From: Ramazzottius varieornatus
Taxonomy: Eukaryota; Animalia; Tardigrada
DNA length: 64,000 bases
Direction: 5' to 3'
Assembly: GCA_001949185.1 (NCBI GenBank)
Contig: BDGG01000002.1
Coordinates: 5,570,448-5,634,447 of the forward strand
In this document: positions 23,665 through 35,900 of the stretch, one piece after another
Layout: the number at the start of each line of letters is the position of its first letter
Numbering within the stretch: position 1 is the stretch's first letter
Position numbers and translations under genes: made by a program
Notes under the pieces: generated by a model
Told to the model about the DNA's origin: nothing
Databases searched by the model: none
What the model saw: the letters and a program-made list of their open reading frames with translations, nothing else

Positions 23665-24393
23665 AAGTTTCACTCGGCGGGATTCGTCTCTCGCTTCCGG
23701 TTCCTCGTAACGGTCCTTGGTCTCTCGTGATCAAGAACCATTGCTCTCGCTGAGTCGGAGCTGGGGTTTTCATATACGTAAAGAGTTTCATACGGATCGT
23801 TTCTGTCGGGTATCTATTGCGTGCGGTTGTGATTAGTGGAAAAGGAATGTTTGTAATCATGAATGCAGCTTCCATGTTAAGTTTGAGGACAGTTCGTGGT
23901 ATGAGCTACCGTTTCTGTCTTACTCTACTGTAAGTCTCCTCTGCAGTGGTAAACTGTGGTAAATCTTGATAATCTGGAATCGTGCTGCCGTAGCAGATGC
24001 ATATATGGACATTAGACGGTCACGGAATTTTTGTCCGGCCGACAGACAAAAAACGAGCTCGCGAGGTTTCCCGTCGTAGTGTTCGTGGGTTTGTGCCGTC
24101 GGATGCAATGATCAGCCCTGGGTACTCTCGTCAGTGTTTTGATGGTAGTTTTTCCCAGCTGTGTGAATCTTCTATCTTACGTCTTACGGCAGAACCGCAA
24201 CCTTGGAAATGGCTCACTACAATTACGTAGAAAATCAAGTTTTTGCCAATAAGAAGGCAGATAAGCTGTTTCATCTACCGATGGGTGGTAGTTTTAGCCT
24301 CCTGGCCAACCCATCCACCATGGATTCTTTTACGGCCATAGATTTCAGTTCGCGAGGCGGGTCAACTTGGCCGTTCAGAAAGTAAGATCAGCT

Positions 24394-24444
24394 CNNNNNN
24401 NNNNNNNNNNNNNNNNNNNNNNNNNNNNNNNNNNNNNNNNNNNN
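24394..24444. other. Assembly gap (N run)
   Basis: 51 consecutive n characters. Confidence 0.99.
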
Positions 24445-24860
24445 TCGGTAGATGAAACAGAGCTTAGTTATTGTTTGTTACATCACATTATATCACCATT
24501 ACGTCGTAGCTTTATAGCGATATCGCAACATTGAATGTCAGTGTGGACGGATCCCAGTCTGCCAGATTTATGTGCTCCAGTTACTTGCTCCGAATCCCGG
24601 TCGTGTTCAGCTCCCTTATCTCATCTCCGTCTTGCTGGATACCGCTTAGCTTACCGATCTTCATTCACATCATTCTGGTTTGTTCTTTCGCTGCAGGTTG
24701 GGATTTCTCGGACTTTCACCACGTGATCCACCGTCCAGCCCGTCCTGCATATCCTGGATTCTATGGGTTGAAAGGGGATCCGCATCTTCTTCGTGAACCA
24801 CCATTGTTGGTGATGACGAAAGGATAAGACTCATGTCCTCATCGCTTGCTGTGGTGTCAA

Positions 24861-27026
24861 ATGGTGCCGGGATTCTTCACCAGGCCGAGACACGTGGCAG
24901 GTGACCGTTATACTCTCCTGAGGGATGTAGAGCTTGATTTGTTGGATGAAATGGAGCCTCTGACGGCGACAGAGGGGAATCTCGAGCACGAGCTGGGCAC
25001 GGAAATCGATGATCTGGACGACCGCAACATGCAGCAGAGAAAGAAGATCAAGAAGAAACAGAGCAAGCCCGACACTACGGTGGATATGAATATGGTCAGG
25101 TTGAACTCGCAATCGGAGGGCGCAGTGCTGAACACCTCTATAACATCCGAGAAGACCGTCAGCGATGGACTCAAGCTTTTCCTGTTACCTGCAGCAGCGG
25201 TAGTCGCAGATATCGCGCACTATCCACTCGTGCAAGAAGATGGCGAGGGTGTTACGATTGATGATCTTGTCCGCGAAGATATTCCCTTACATACGGAGCG
25301 TCTTCGAGCTATTGCCCTGCAGATATTCTTCCCGTTTCTCATCGCCGGACTCGGTAACACAGCTCTCAAACATAATCGTAACGCTTCTTGCTTTAACCGT
25401 GTTTTGTTTTTAGGTATGGTTGGAGCCGGAATGGTCCTCGATTTGGCCCAGGTGCGTCACCTTGACGGGGATGAACCATCGAGAAACTTCCGTATAGGAC
25501 CAATCAGAATATTCTTTTTGCTTTCCGCTGAATTCTCGGTGTATGTTTAAGTAAAACACGTTTCGCTTTTAGCATTGGGAGGTGTTCAAAGATATCTCTG
25601 AGCTTTTTGTCATGGTCCCAGCTTTGCTGGGGCTGAAAGGTAATCTTGAGATGACACTGGCTGCTCGACTGTCCACTGCGTTGAATATCGGAGACCTGAG
25701 CCCGACGAAGAAGTGGAAAGTGATCGGAGCCAATTTGGCCGTGACGCAAGCGCAAGCAGTTGTCGTCGGATTCCTGGCGTCAGCTTTCGCCATGTTCATC
25801 GGTGTAATCAGCCATCATACCGTCAACTGGGGACATGCGCTCTTGCTGTGCGGTGCTGCATCTGTCACAACCTCCATCGCTTCTTCCGTACTAGGTAAAA
25901 CATCCCTCAGCACCAATTCGAAAGTTTTTGCGATGCAATCATTGTTTCTTCGTAGGCGCTGTGATGGTTGGAGTCATATTGTTAGCCGAGAAACTCAAAA
26001 TCAATCCCGACAATGTGGCCACACCCATTGCCGCAAGTCTCGGCGATATCATAACGCTGGGAGTACTCTCGGGCTTTTCTTTGTTATTTTATAACGTTTA
26101 CAGTAAGTGCTTATCCACCTCTCCTCCGAATGGACGAACCTTTGCTGATTAATTACGTTATTATTGCTTTTCCAGGCACGAATGTGTGGTATGTTGGACC
26201 AACTGTCGTATTGATCATCGTGTGGTGCTTACTGCCGCTCTGGGTCTACATCGCCATACAAGTGCCGCAGACCAGAGAAGTGCTCACGACTGGCTGGATC
26301 CCTGTCATATCGGCTATGCTGATTTCCTCCGGAGCCGGTACGATCTTGGAAAAGGTGTCAAAGAGTGGGCACTCGTATTTCTTAGGTCTCCCAGTTTTCC
26401 AACCCGTTATAAACGGTAAGTAAACCCTCCCTCTTTGCTATATGATCCATATCGATCTGACGATTCTGTATTGTGTGGCTTTAGGTGTGGCAGGAAATCT
26501 GGTAGCTGTACAAGCTAGTCGAATCTCAACTCATCTTCATGTCGCTTACGGCGAACCCGGCCAAGTGCCTGGCGATTTTACAGTCTGTCCAAATCCCTTT
26601 CGGGCCTTTTGCGCGCGCAACCCGATGAACGCGCGCACCTCCCGGTTGCTACTGATGATATTGATTCCCGGCCATTTGATATTTCTGTACACCATATCGC
26701 TGCTGAAAGGAGGCCATACTACACTTACTTTCAAGTTTGTGGTGGTCTTCATCTTTGTTGCCTTAATCCAAGTAGCCATCCTACTGTATGTCGCTGAAGC
26801 TCTAACTCATTACGTCTGGAAACGTGGCATCGGTAAGTGATCCTCGCTTCTTCCATGTTTTCATCGAGTAGCATTTTCTAACCTGTTCTTTTTACTTACA
26901 GATCCAGACAGCTTTACCATTCCCTACCTCACTTCCCTGGGGGACCTCACAGGAACAGCTTTTCTGGCCTTTGCTTTCTGGTTCCTGTTCATCACAGGAG
27001 ATCGTGATCTGGACGTTGGAGACTAA
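24861..27026 (+). CDS. SLC41 family (MgtE-like) Mg2+ transporter; start codon uncertain (24861 or 24951)
   Basis: [87 protein letters not shown]-terminus GDRDLDVGD*. Confidence 0.95.
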
Positions 27027-27273
27027 ACTAACCCTTCCTATCAATTTTATCTGCTCCGGTTGGCTTTCGTACCTTTTGTATCGTTTTATTGTTTTAGATA
27101 TTGTGTTTTATTCTTTTCCAAGGGGAACGAACGGAAGGAAAGCTCAGGTCTGGAGATTGAATGCATTTTTGAACTGCCGTCCAGATCACATCGCAGCCAA
27201 GTTAAGATTTTACCACCACTCTCGAAACACTTTTCCTGGTAAAAGCTTCCTTCAGACGCTACCGTTGAGGTCA

Positions 27274-27895
27274 TCAGTTTGAAAGAAGTATCAGGAAGGG
27301 CATGATTGTAATCGTCAAACTAGCAGGCACAGTTCTGAAGGCTGAGTTGCAGAGATCCATCAGACAAGAGCAGACTACGCCATGAATTGTACCAAAGCAC
27401 CCGGATCCTGCCGGAGAAAACAGCAGAGTTGGCAGGGGTTCCCGAGAGCAAAAACTGATTCTTCTTACCGAATTGTCCAACTTGCGTTCCTCCGCAGCCT
27501 CTTTGCACCGTCCCTAATCAAACCAGAACGTTTTCGGACTGTACGAAATAGACGGAAAACCAGAAAACGAGCACATACCATCGATTCCCCGAATTTTCAG
27601 ACATTTCAAGGGTTGATTCATGAGGTCGACGAATCTCTGTGTGTCGCTTTTACACTCTTGAGCATGCTCTATTGACGGATAAAATGGGTCGTTGCATCGT
27701 TCGCAAGAATAACATCGCAGACCACCTGCAGTGGAAAGTACAGAGTTGTCCGAATTCCGAAACCCAGATGGTGAATGATACCGCGCAGCGGGAAGTTATG
27801 GACCTGTATAATTCAACGGTGGAGCACTTACTGGTTTGCGGAAAGATCATTCCACCAACAAACACAATGGCCAAAGTCAGGAACCCGGCATTCAT
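27274..27895 (-). CDS. Ly6/uPAR (three-finger, quiver/sleepless-like) GPI-anchored protein, 4 exons
   Basis: Signal peptide MNAGFLTLAIVFVGG..., then LRCYSCERCNDPF...KCLKI...VQRGCG...VCSCLMDLCNSA and a hydrophobic C-terminal tail; GT-AG junctions in frame. Confidence 0.85.
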
Positions 27896-28511
27896 GTCTT
27901 CCGGAAAAAGGGGCGTGGCAGGAACTAAACTTCTGTGGTCGACGTATTAATGTTTGACCCGGCGTTCATGCTGCTGCAAATGAAGAAACGTTTTTTCTTG
28001 TGTCAAAAAGACCCTTCCCACTTGTGGCAGGTAACTTTGTTGTGCTGAAATTAGTTACGAATTGTTTGCCGTTATGCTTTATGGTTGCATATGGTCAGCT
28101 ACGGCATTCCTGTCATCGGACGATTCATCTTGCTAATCCGTCCGTGAGCAGCCCTTACCAGTGACTACCACGTTACAGCAGCTGGTCGTGTTAATATTCT
28201 CAGATTTCATTCGATGATGTGGTATAACTACCTTCGAATTGGCAGATATGTTCCAAGCGGATCTTGGCGTTTCGGGTTCCGTATGAGGTTGCAAACGCGA
28301 ATACGCTGACATGTAAGATGTGTGTACGGTGGGCGGTGGCTGCCTGACATGACATCACATCTAGCCTAACACCCTGACGAATACGGTCAATAAGTGCTTC
28401 TTCGCTTGATTCAACTCTCGCGTCTCGCTTCGTTATTTTGCCAGAACGTTTTCCTGTTTTCCTGAGTCCCTGTACACCCCCATCCTTCTTGTACTTCTGT
28501 TCCGTTTACAG

Positions 28512-29533
28512 ATGGCACAGAAAATGGCCAACGGAACCGCCAAGCCAGACAGTCTGCCTCTCAACCTGGGAGCAGCAATGACGGATGGCAGTACTGCAGG
28601 GAAGGTCGAAGTGGCTGGTGGCTCAGACAGATCGATCTCTCCGGAGGAACGCTCAAAGACGCCAGACTCGGGACCTAATAACGATGACGAGATCGTTTCC
28701 GAGAGCGATTCAAGGAAAGATGCCTCGGGTACCGACCCCGATGGATCGCCATCTTCATCACTGCAAAAGCAGTCTGGAATGGTGGAGTTTGTCGTTGATG
28801 ACTTCATGGAGCATATCAAAGAAGGAGGTACGAGGAAATATTGCCCGAGCACGAGCACATACGCTTCTCATAACTATCATTTCTTTTGCAGGGATGTATT
28901 CATCTTCGTCCGCATTTAATCTTGCACCTGTTGATCCACGAGTACTGGAGAACCTGGAGCATCTGATTTCCAAGCTGTGCGAGAACGTGGTGGAGATGGA
29001 TTCCTATCTGACCGAGCAGATGCAGCAGGTTGGAACATGGTGCTGAAGCTCGCTTGAGGTTCCTGTAGCGATTGCTGTAATAAACCGAAGACTGGTTATA
29101 GATGTGCCAACTTACTGCCGAACATGTTCGCGTGTACCGAAGCGGTATTGAGAAGACCTGTGATAACGTGGATATCTGTATCAAGGTACGAAATCGCGGA
29201 AGCGCCTATTGAGCTTTTCGTCCTCCTGATCGTCCATGCCCGTAACCCATTTTTCTTCCCACAGACTATATACCAGCTAATGGCTCGCACAGAGGGTGTG
29301 ATATTGACAACTGCCTCTTCTAATGTTAAACAGCAAAAGTTTGCCGAGACAAGTTTCTTGTTTTTTCCAGAGCTGCATAAGCAAATGCGAAACATTTCGG
29401 CAATCCAGGAACAAGTGTAAGTAAAAACATACTCTTTTGTACAGCGGCCCTTTACACAAACTTTCACTTTATTTGCAGAAAAGAAATTAAAAGAATGGTT
29501 ACTATCCTAGAAGGCTACGTAGATAGTCTCTGA
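28512..29533 (+). CDS. BORCS6: BLOC-1-related complex (BORC) subunit 6
   Basis: Low-complexity N-terminus, FVVDDFMEHIK, then VDPRVLENLE...TCDNVDICIK-TIYQLMARTE-ELHKQMRNISAIQEQVKEIKRMVTILE. Confidence 0.8.
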
Positions 29534-29626
29534 TGTCTTTCTATTACTTCTTCGGGGTTCGTTCCGTGTTTGATCTCTTCTACTCAAAGCTCAACATAGT
29601 TTCGTATCCGGTGTATTTTTCAAATT

Positions 29627-31308
29627 TTATCCGATGGTACTGGCATGGTATTCTACGGATCTTGAAGGGTCCGTGGGATACAACGTTTGCATTTTCGTCA
29701 TGAGCCTCTTGAAAGCTTGAATGTATTTTCTTTGTGTTTCATCGTTCAATACGTCTACAAACAAAATACAGGGTCAATCAGAAGGATATTTTGGACGCAA
29801 GTATAACGTATTTATAAATGAGCTTCTGCGACGAACTTACGTGCAATCATTTGGGTGAACACTTTTTCTCGCCCGGGACGCGAATGAATACCAACAGCTG
29901 TGACACCAATGGGCCAAGGTGCGTTGCCGATGGCCATCTGCAGGAAAACCTCGTTCGCTCTAACGTAATCTCTGTCAAGAGAGTGAACGATGATTCGGAA
30001 GAGGTTCCCGAGAATATCGTCTTGAAGACTCTGAGAAAACAGCATCATATAAATACTCGTTATATCGATTGAATTCCTCGGGGTGAGTAGTACGCTCAGG
30101 TGATATGACGACTGACCTTATTCTTCAATTTCTGGAAAAGGGACTTGAGATAGTCCTCCGTCTGGACATAGGTTCCTCGCTCTAGCTTTCCTTTGCTACT
30201 CAGCTTCTCTTCCATGGACCGCTTATTGAGTTCTTCGGCCCACCTTCTCAGTACGAACTTCATATACCGGAAAACAACTTCGCGCGGCGAAACAGTCTCA
30301 CCCTTGCTCGCTTGCTCAACCAAGTCCTGTTTTAGAAGAGAATACTGCTGAAACTCAGCCAAAAACACACTCCAATAAACGTGAAACGACAGCACACCAC
30401 TGTAACTAACTCGTATGGTTTGTAAAGTGGTCCCGTCTTCGTTTATTTTGATGTCCAGTGCTGCCTTGCTTGAATCGGTTTGGCCTTTGGCGAGCTCATT
30501 CATGTATTCCTCGTCTATCTTGTCCATAGCGAGTTTGAGGTCGTTCCGGAAGCCCTGTTCACAAATTAGCAATCAGTTCAAACACGAATTGATTCCCACT
30601 TCCACTGGATACATAGTACTCGACTAGTCGTCAACTAACAATTAATTAATAGACTTACAATGTTCGCTTCCGGTTCATGGATCTCAAGAACTTTCAGTCT
30701 CCGCGCACTCTCTTCTTCATTTTCGCCAAAGATCCAGATGGGCTCGTTTCTCTCTCTTAGTCGTCGCACAACCTTCAGAAAAGACACATGTTCATTTACT
30801 ACCTGCATATCGTGCAGCGCTTCATGCAACCCGGATACTGTGTTAAGATTAAGTCAGTACCTCCTTTCTGGGGAGTTTAACATCATCGCCGTCCTCGCTG
30901 TGACTTCGACGGCTCCCGTCGCGCTGCTTCGTGTTTGACGGATCCTGAAGATCATATAGCAGTCTCAATGTTCGCTGTTACGTAGAACATACAGAACATT
31001 TCGAGCGAGAAAGATAGACTCACTGTGGAAGGTTCTATTCTCGGTGACACGTTCCCGTCCGAATGTTCGAGTGATGTCTTCCTAGGTTCACTGATAGTAG
31101 TAGCCTGCGCCACGGTTTCTCCTCGTCTGAAGTATTTCTTTCCTCCAGTGACGTCCTGGAAGAATTACAATGAGCGCAATGTAAGGTTGAGCGCATCGAG
31201 TCAAGGTTACACAAGCTGAGAGAGCCGTCCCGTACTCACGTTTTTACCCACATCCGCAGACTCCAGCGCTTTACGCTTCCTGAGAATTTCCGCCTTTAGA
31301 ACATCCAT
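29627..31308 (-). CDS. PRPF18: Pre-mRNA splicing factor 18
   Basis: [15 protein letters not shown]..., [75 protein letters not shown]...[10 protein letters not shown]. Confidence 0.96.
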
Positions 31309-31794
31309 GACACGGCTTCCCTACGTTCCTGTACAAGTAGCTGCGTTCCTCGACAAAGGACAGAACCTACAGGACTCCTGCAAAACACTTTAAAACTCAA
31401 CGATAGAAGCAGACCGATAGAAACGCAAACAAAAAGCGAACTGGTGGGTGTTACTTGATTCGGAATAATTCCCATCACTGACCATCAGTCAATCAAGCAT
31501 GATTTAAATCTAGTTTCTAATCAAACGATTTTTAATCAACTTAAATACGCCAAGTCACGCCCCTCCATGGACCTTCGATAGCCCGATAGCTTACATAAAT
31601 GTAAGTGTAACACGATGACATTGTAATGTTGTCGTCTTGTCGATGTTCGCGGAGTGAGCTTCTGACCAGAGGAGAATCCTAGGTTGTATCTGTTTACACT
31701 TTACAGTGATCACTGATCGCCTAGAGAAGCCGTGTTTGCCTCCTTGGGAAAGACTGCCGACGGTTGCCGTATTGAGTCTGTCGGACAGTCGGAG

Positions 31795-32688
31795 ATGTCT
31801 ATGGTGAAAGCGGATGCGACTCCTGCGACGAGCAGTGGTGCTCCTGCCGCTCGTCCAGCCAAGCCATATGAACCGGAAGGACAGTTTATACTAAGGCTAC
31901 CGGAACCAGTAGCACTGCTGGTGAAGATGGCCCTAGATAACACAACCAAGAATGTCCTGAAAGACCGACTTAAGATCGATATGCAAGCGGAAAGTAGAAA
32001 TGCCAAAGTATACGTCGACAGTATGGAATTTTCCGCTAAGCTGGTTGATCTCCCTTGTGTTGTCGAATCTCTCAAGACTATCGACAAAAAGACCTTCTAC
32101 AAAACGGGTGATGTCTGCCAGGTAAACGACAGCATCTCATGCAAATACAGATACATAGAGTAGAGAATATGTATTGTAATGGGTTAACCGCGTTCTACCC
32201 TTACACAGATGCTTGTGGTTTCCGGTGACGAAGTGGTGGACAAAGAACCAGTAGATCCTAAGAATCAAGTTCGCTCAGATGAAATCAACAAGGACAAAAG
32301 ATACCAGTGGCCGCATGGATTGACCCCTCCGCTGAAGAACGTGAGGAAGACAAGGTTTCGGAAGACTTTGAAAAGGAAGGACGCCGAGTTACAGGAAATT
32401 GAGAATGAGCTGAAGAGGCTCCTACGGGCTGACAGCGAAGCTGTTCCTGGTGGTGTCAAGTACGAAATTGTCTACGAGGATGCTGCGAAAGACCTCAACC
32501 ATAGCATGTCGGAAGCAGGTGATATGGAAAGCATGATGTCCGGTGGGGATATGTCAAGAAACGCATTTCCTAAAGGCCTGGCCGAACACGATATTTTCGG
32601 GGAGGTTCTCAGCTCATCCGAAGACGAAGCGGAACACGTTCCTGACATGACCGAAGAAAATAACCTCGCACTCGATTTTATGGAATAG
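31795..32688 (+). CDS. TAF7: TFIID subunit 7 (TAFII55 N domain), 2 exons; head-to-head with PRPF18
   Basis: EGQFILRLP...AKLVDLPCVVESLKTIDKKTFYKTGDVCQ|MLV...WPHGLTPPLKNVRKTRFRKT...IENELKRLLRAD. Confidence 0.95.
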
Positions 32689-32926
32689 AAAGAAGCTGGG
32701 TTCTTGTCAGAAGACTATTTTGTACTGTATATACTGTAGCTTCCTTTTGTGCATAGTAAACGAGACGTATTCTTTTCGACGATTTGTGTGGCGGTCAGTA
32801 ATGTCAAATATCTGAGAACTGAAAAGCACGTTGCTGGGGTTCAAATAGGAAAGGTAATACTGTGGTCAAACACACAAAATGGTCGATGTTGCATTGGATT
32901 GAGCATTCGCTGGACTCATCGGAAAC

Positions 32927-35900
32927 TCAGACTGCCGTGCCGGTCCTGCGAAATAGAGGTAATCAAGAATGGTCTCGGTGTATCGTACAAAAGAGAACTC
33001 ACTCAACATAGTCCAGGGTGACAAAGTTTTTCGACGAGCCGTTTCTGACATGTCCAGTTTTGGCGATCTCAATAGCATTTTCACTGGGGTTCTCGAACAC
33101 TTCTCCTCTCACTGCATCGAACTTGTGACCACCTTTGGACGACGGACGGAAAGTTGCGAAGGTGGACTCAGGTTTCGGCGAGTCCGTCGTCCTCACATGA
33201 CTGCTTGGTATGTTATTCTTCTTAACAGTCCTGGCACTGTGGGGTAGCGAGTTCCAGGATGGAACGGCAGGTCCAAATGTGGATAGGCTGCTGTTAGAGC
33301 GGTGAGCTACGCGAGGGCTTCGCACGTTTGTCTCGCGAGCTGAACTACAGTAGCGCTTGGCCGACGAAGAGCTGCTGTGAACGGAAATGGTGTCTTCGTT
33401 GGTTCCATCTCCACCTAGAATCATTTCATTTCGTTAGTGCTTCTGTAAAATGGTTGAAGCGAGTAAGTCGTGTCTTCGGTTTTATCAGAGCTTACTCTTC
33501 TGGAAGCTGGTGTATGCGTTTAAATTATCAATAAGGTCCTCAGGATGGGATTTTGACAGGTGACTAAACGCGGAGTTTGCACTGCATCGTCCGATGGACC
33601 CGGAAATATCTTTGTCAGGCTGAGCGGCCTTGTGGTAAGTTGTGGAGTTGCTGATGGTCAGCCCCGGGTTTTGATAGGTATCGCACACGATATCCTTCAT
33701 CCGGCTTTTCTCCTTCGTGGACAGTTTGTCAAAGTTCTTCCGTAAAAACCAGACGAAAGATATTTCTTTCAGGAGTTGCGCCTATACAATTGCAATACTC
33801 GTGGGACTTCGTCAAGATAAACATCACAACGCGCACTTCGAGCAACATACCTCGGGTACTTTAATGCAGAGGTACAACAGCATGAAGATCGCTTCGCCGA
33901 GACACAACAATGGGAAGACATAACCCAGCGACGCCATGCCGAAATTCAAGGCGACTACTGCTACGGAAAGACCGGCGACGAAGAACATGGAGATCGTCGT
34001 GCACACTAAGATTTGGTGCCTGAAAAACAGAAAGTTTTTTTTCACTACGAACTTACGGCATTGGACATGTGACGCACCTCATTTCGAACACTACTGCGGC
34101 AGCAGGAGGCTTCCTTGTCTGGACGACGCCGGCTTTGCAGTGCGCCGAAATCACCACAAGGAGTGTGAGAATGACAATCACAGTCACCGGTAAGATCAAA
34201 CTCAGCAACATCTGGTAGCCAAAGAGCATCCAGCATACATCGTCAGCGCCGTATCCGTCTGGTAGGAGCGCAATGGATGCTACCACTGGCACAATTGGGA
34301 GACCTGCAACGGAAAGTCCACACTGGTCACACCGGATGAAAATGACGAGTGTTGGCTATCGTGGATCATATTGACATCCATTACATACCGTAACCCAGAA
34401 GGAGGTGAAATTTGATGCTGCTCTTCGAGGACCTGTCCAAATTGGAGTGCGCCGAGTACTTCAACAAATTGATGGCTTGTGCCAGGTTCCACGAGAACTT
34501 AGCAAGGACCCAATAGTGCAGAACAGCAGCCAGTATCTTGCATACCACGACGTCCCATTCGAAGTTCGCCGCCAAAACAAACGTCAGGTTCGTTGCAAAC
34601 GCAGTGAGGACCAGGTTTTCAGCTATGCAGATCGTGGATCCATTCGACCGCATAGCCAACAGCAGCACAAAAGTTACAAGGTTGAGCAATAAGGACAGGG
34701 CTAGGACGACTATGCTGAACAGGAATATCGGGAACACCGAGCGGAAGACACTGCTTCTCGCACCAGCTGACAACACCGCCACCAAGAGATGCGCTGCACA
34801 GGTGCACTCGACGTACGTCCCGTTGGTCCCATACGTCCATCCGAGGAGGGAGCACTTATCATTGGTCCACTTGTTCCTTTCGAAGCTCCAAGACACACAA
34901 TGGGCGGTGAGAAGGTAGGGCTGAACAGGAACCAAGAATTGGTATAGCACCTCGTTCGAACCACTTTCAGCCGGTGACTCCCCGAAGAAGAACGCTGAAG
35001 ATAGCAGCGGACCGAACTCCGATTTCGGCCGTCTCGCTTCTCGGGTCTGTGACAAAAGCAGAGGCAAATCGGTGAACTCGGCGTAGTAGAAAAGTTTGCT
35101 GGGACTTCTCAGACTTCCATCCAGCTTGACTGAAACCCGATTGACAACACCAGGAATACTGGCGGGGATCTCGAGAGAATTTGGGGCGTTGTTTTGTTGG
35201 GTACTACGTTGGTTCATCGATCGATGTGAGCGGCTTATACCAGTCCTCAGATTCTTGGTGAAGACCTCGAACGGGCACATTTGGGTTGACTCGAGATGCG
35301 TTGTTATGGTCTTCAGATATTCAAGGAACAACTGTGTCAAGTGGTTGATGGTTGCCTGTTCTAGTAACTTCCAATGAAAGTCATTGCGGAAATCAAGTGT
35401 TTGGCTGACGCTTTCGACAAGGTCCAGTAAGAAGTTTCTGTCTATGCGATGTGTCAAGTTCATTCCGCTTTGCTGGATCTCGTGCTTGAGAATTATCTTT
35501 GTCAAGTTGACAGCTGTACTCAAGTCCTTCAGATGCAAGGACTCTTCATTCATGGAAGCATTCAGAGCTGAACGAAGACTTCTGACCAATCTGGCCGAAA
35601 CATGAGGTGTGAGTTCGAGGATGCCTTCTTGGTACTCGAGCATCAGCCGATCCAGGCTGATGAAACTTGGAGTGGAGCAATTTCTCAGATCGGGATTGGA
35701 CCAGGCTTGGGTGGATCCGTCGCAGCTACGAACCGCACTTCCCATTGAAATTCCCGGGCATGGTTGGACCGAGGACATGCCAAATGGAGTCCGATCCCAC
35801 CATACTCGATTGGCGAGAGCTCTTGGGCATGAGCCGAATGTTCTTTGACAACCAATATCTGGAAGAAAATAACTAGTTGCAGTAATCGACCAAACGGTTC

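Noticed and set aside
27274-27895. Ly6/quiver-like gene as a possible partner of the nearby Cav3 channel
   Set aside because: Proximity in an animal genome is not evidence of functional linkage
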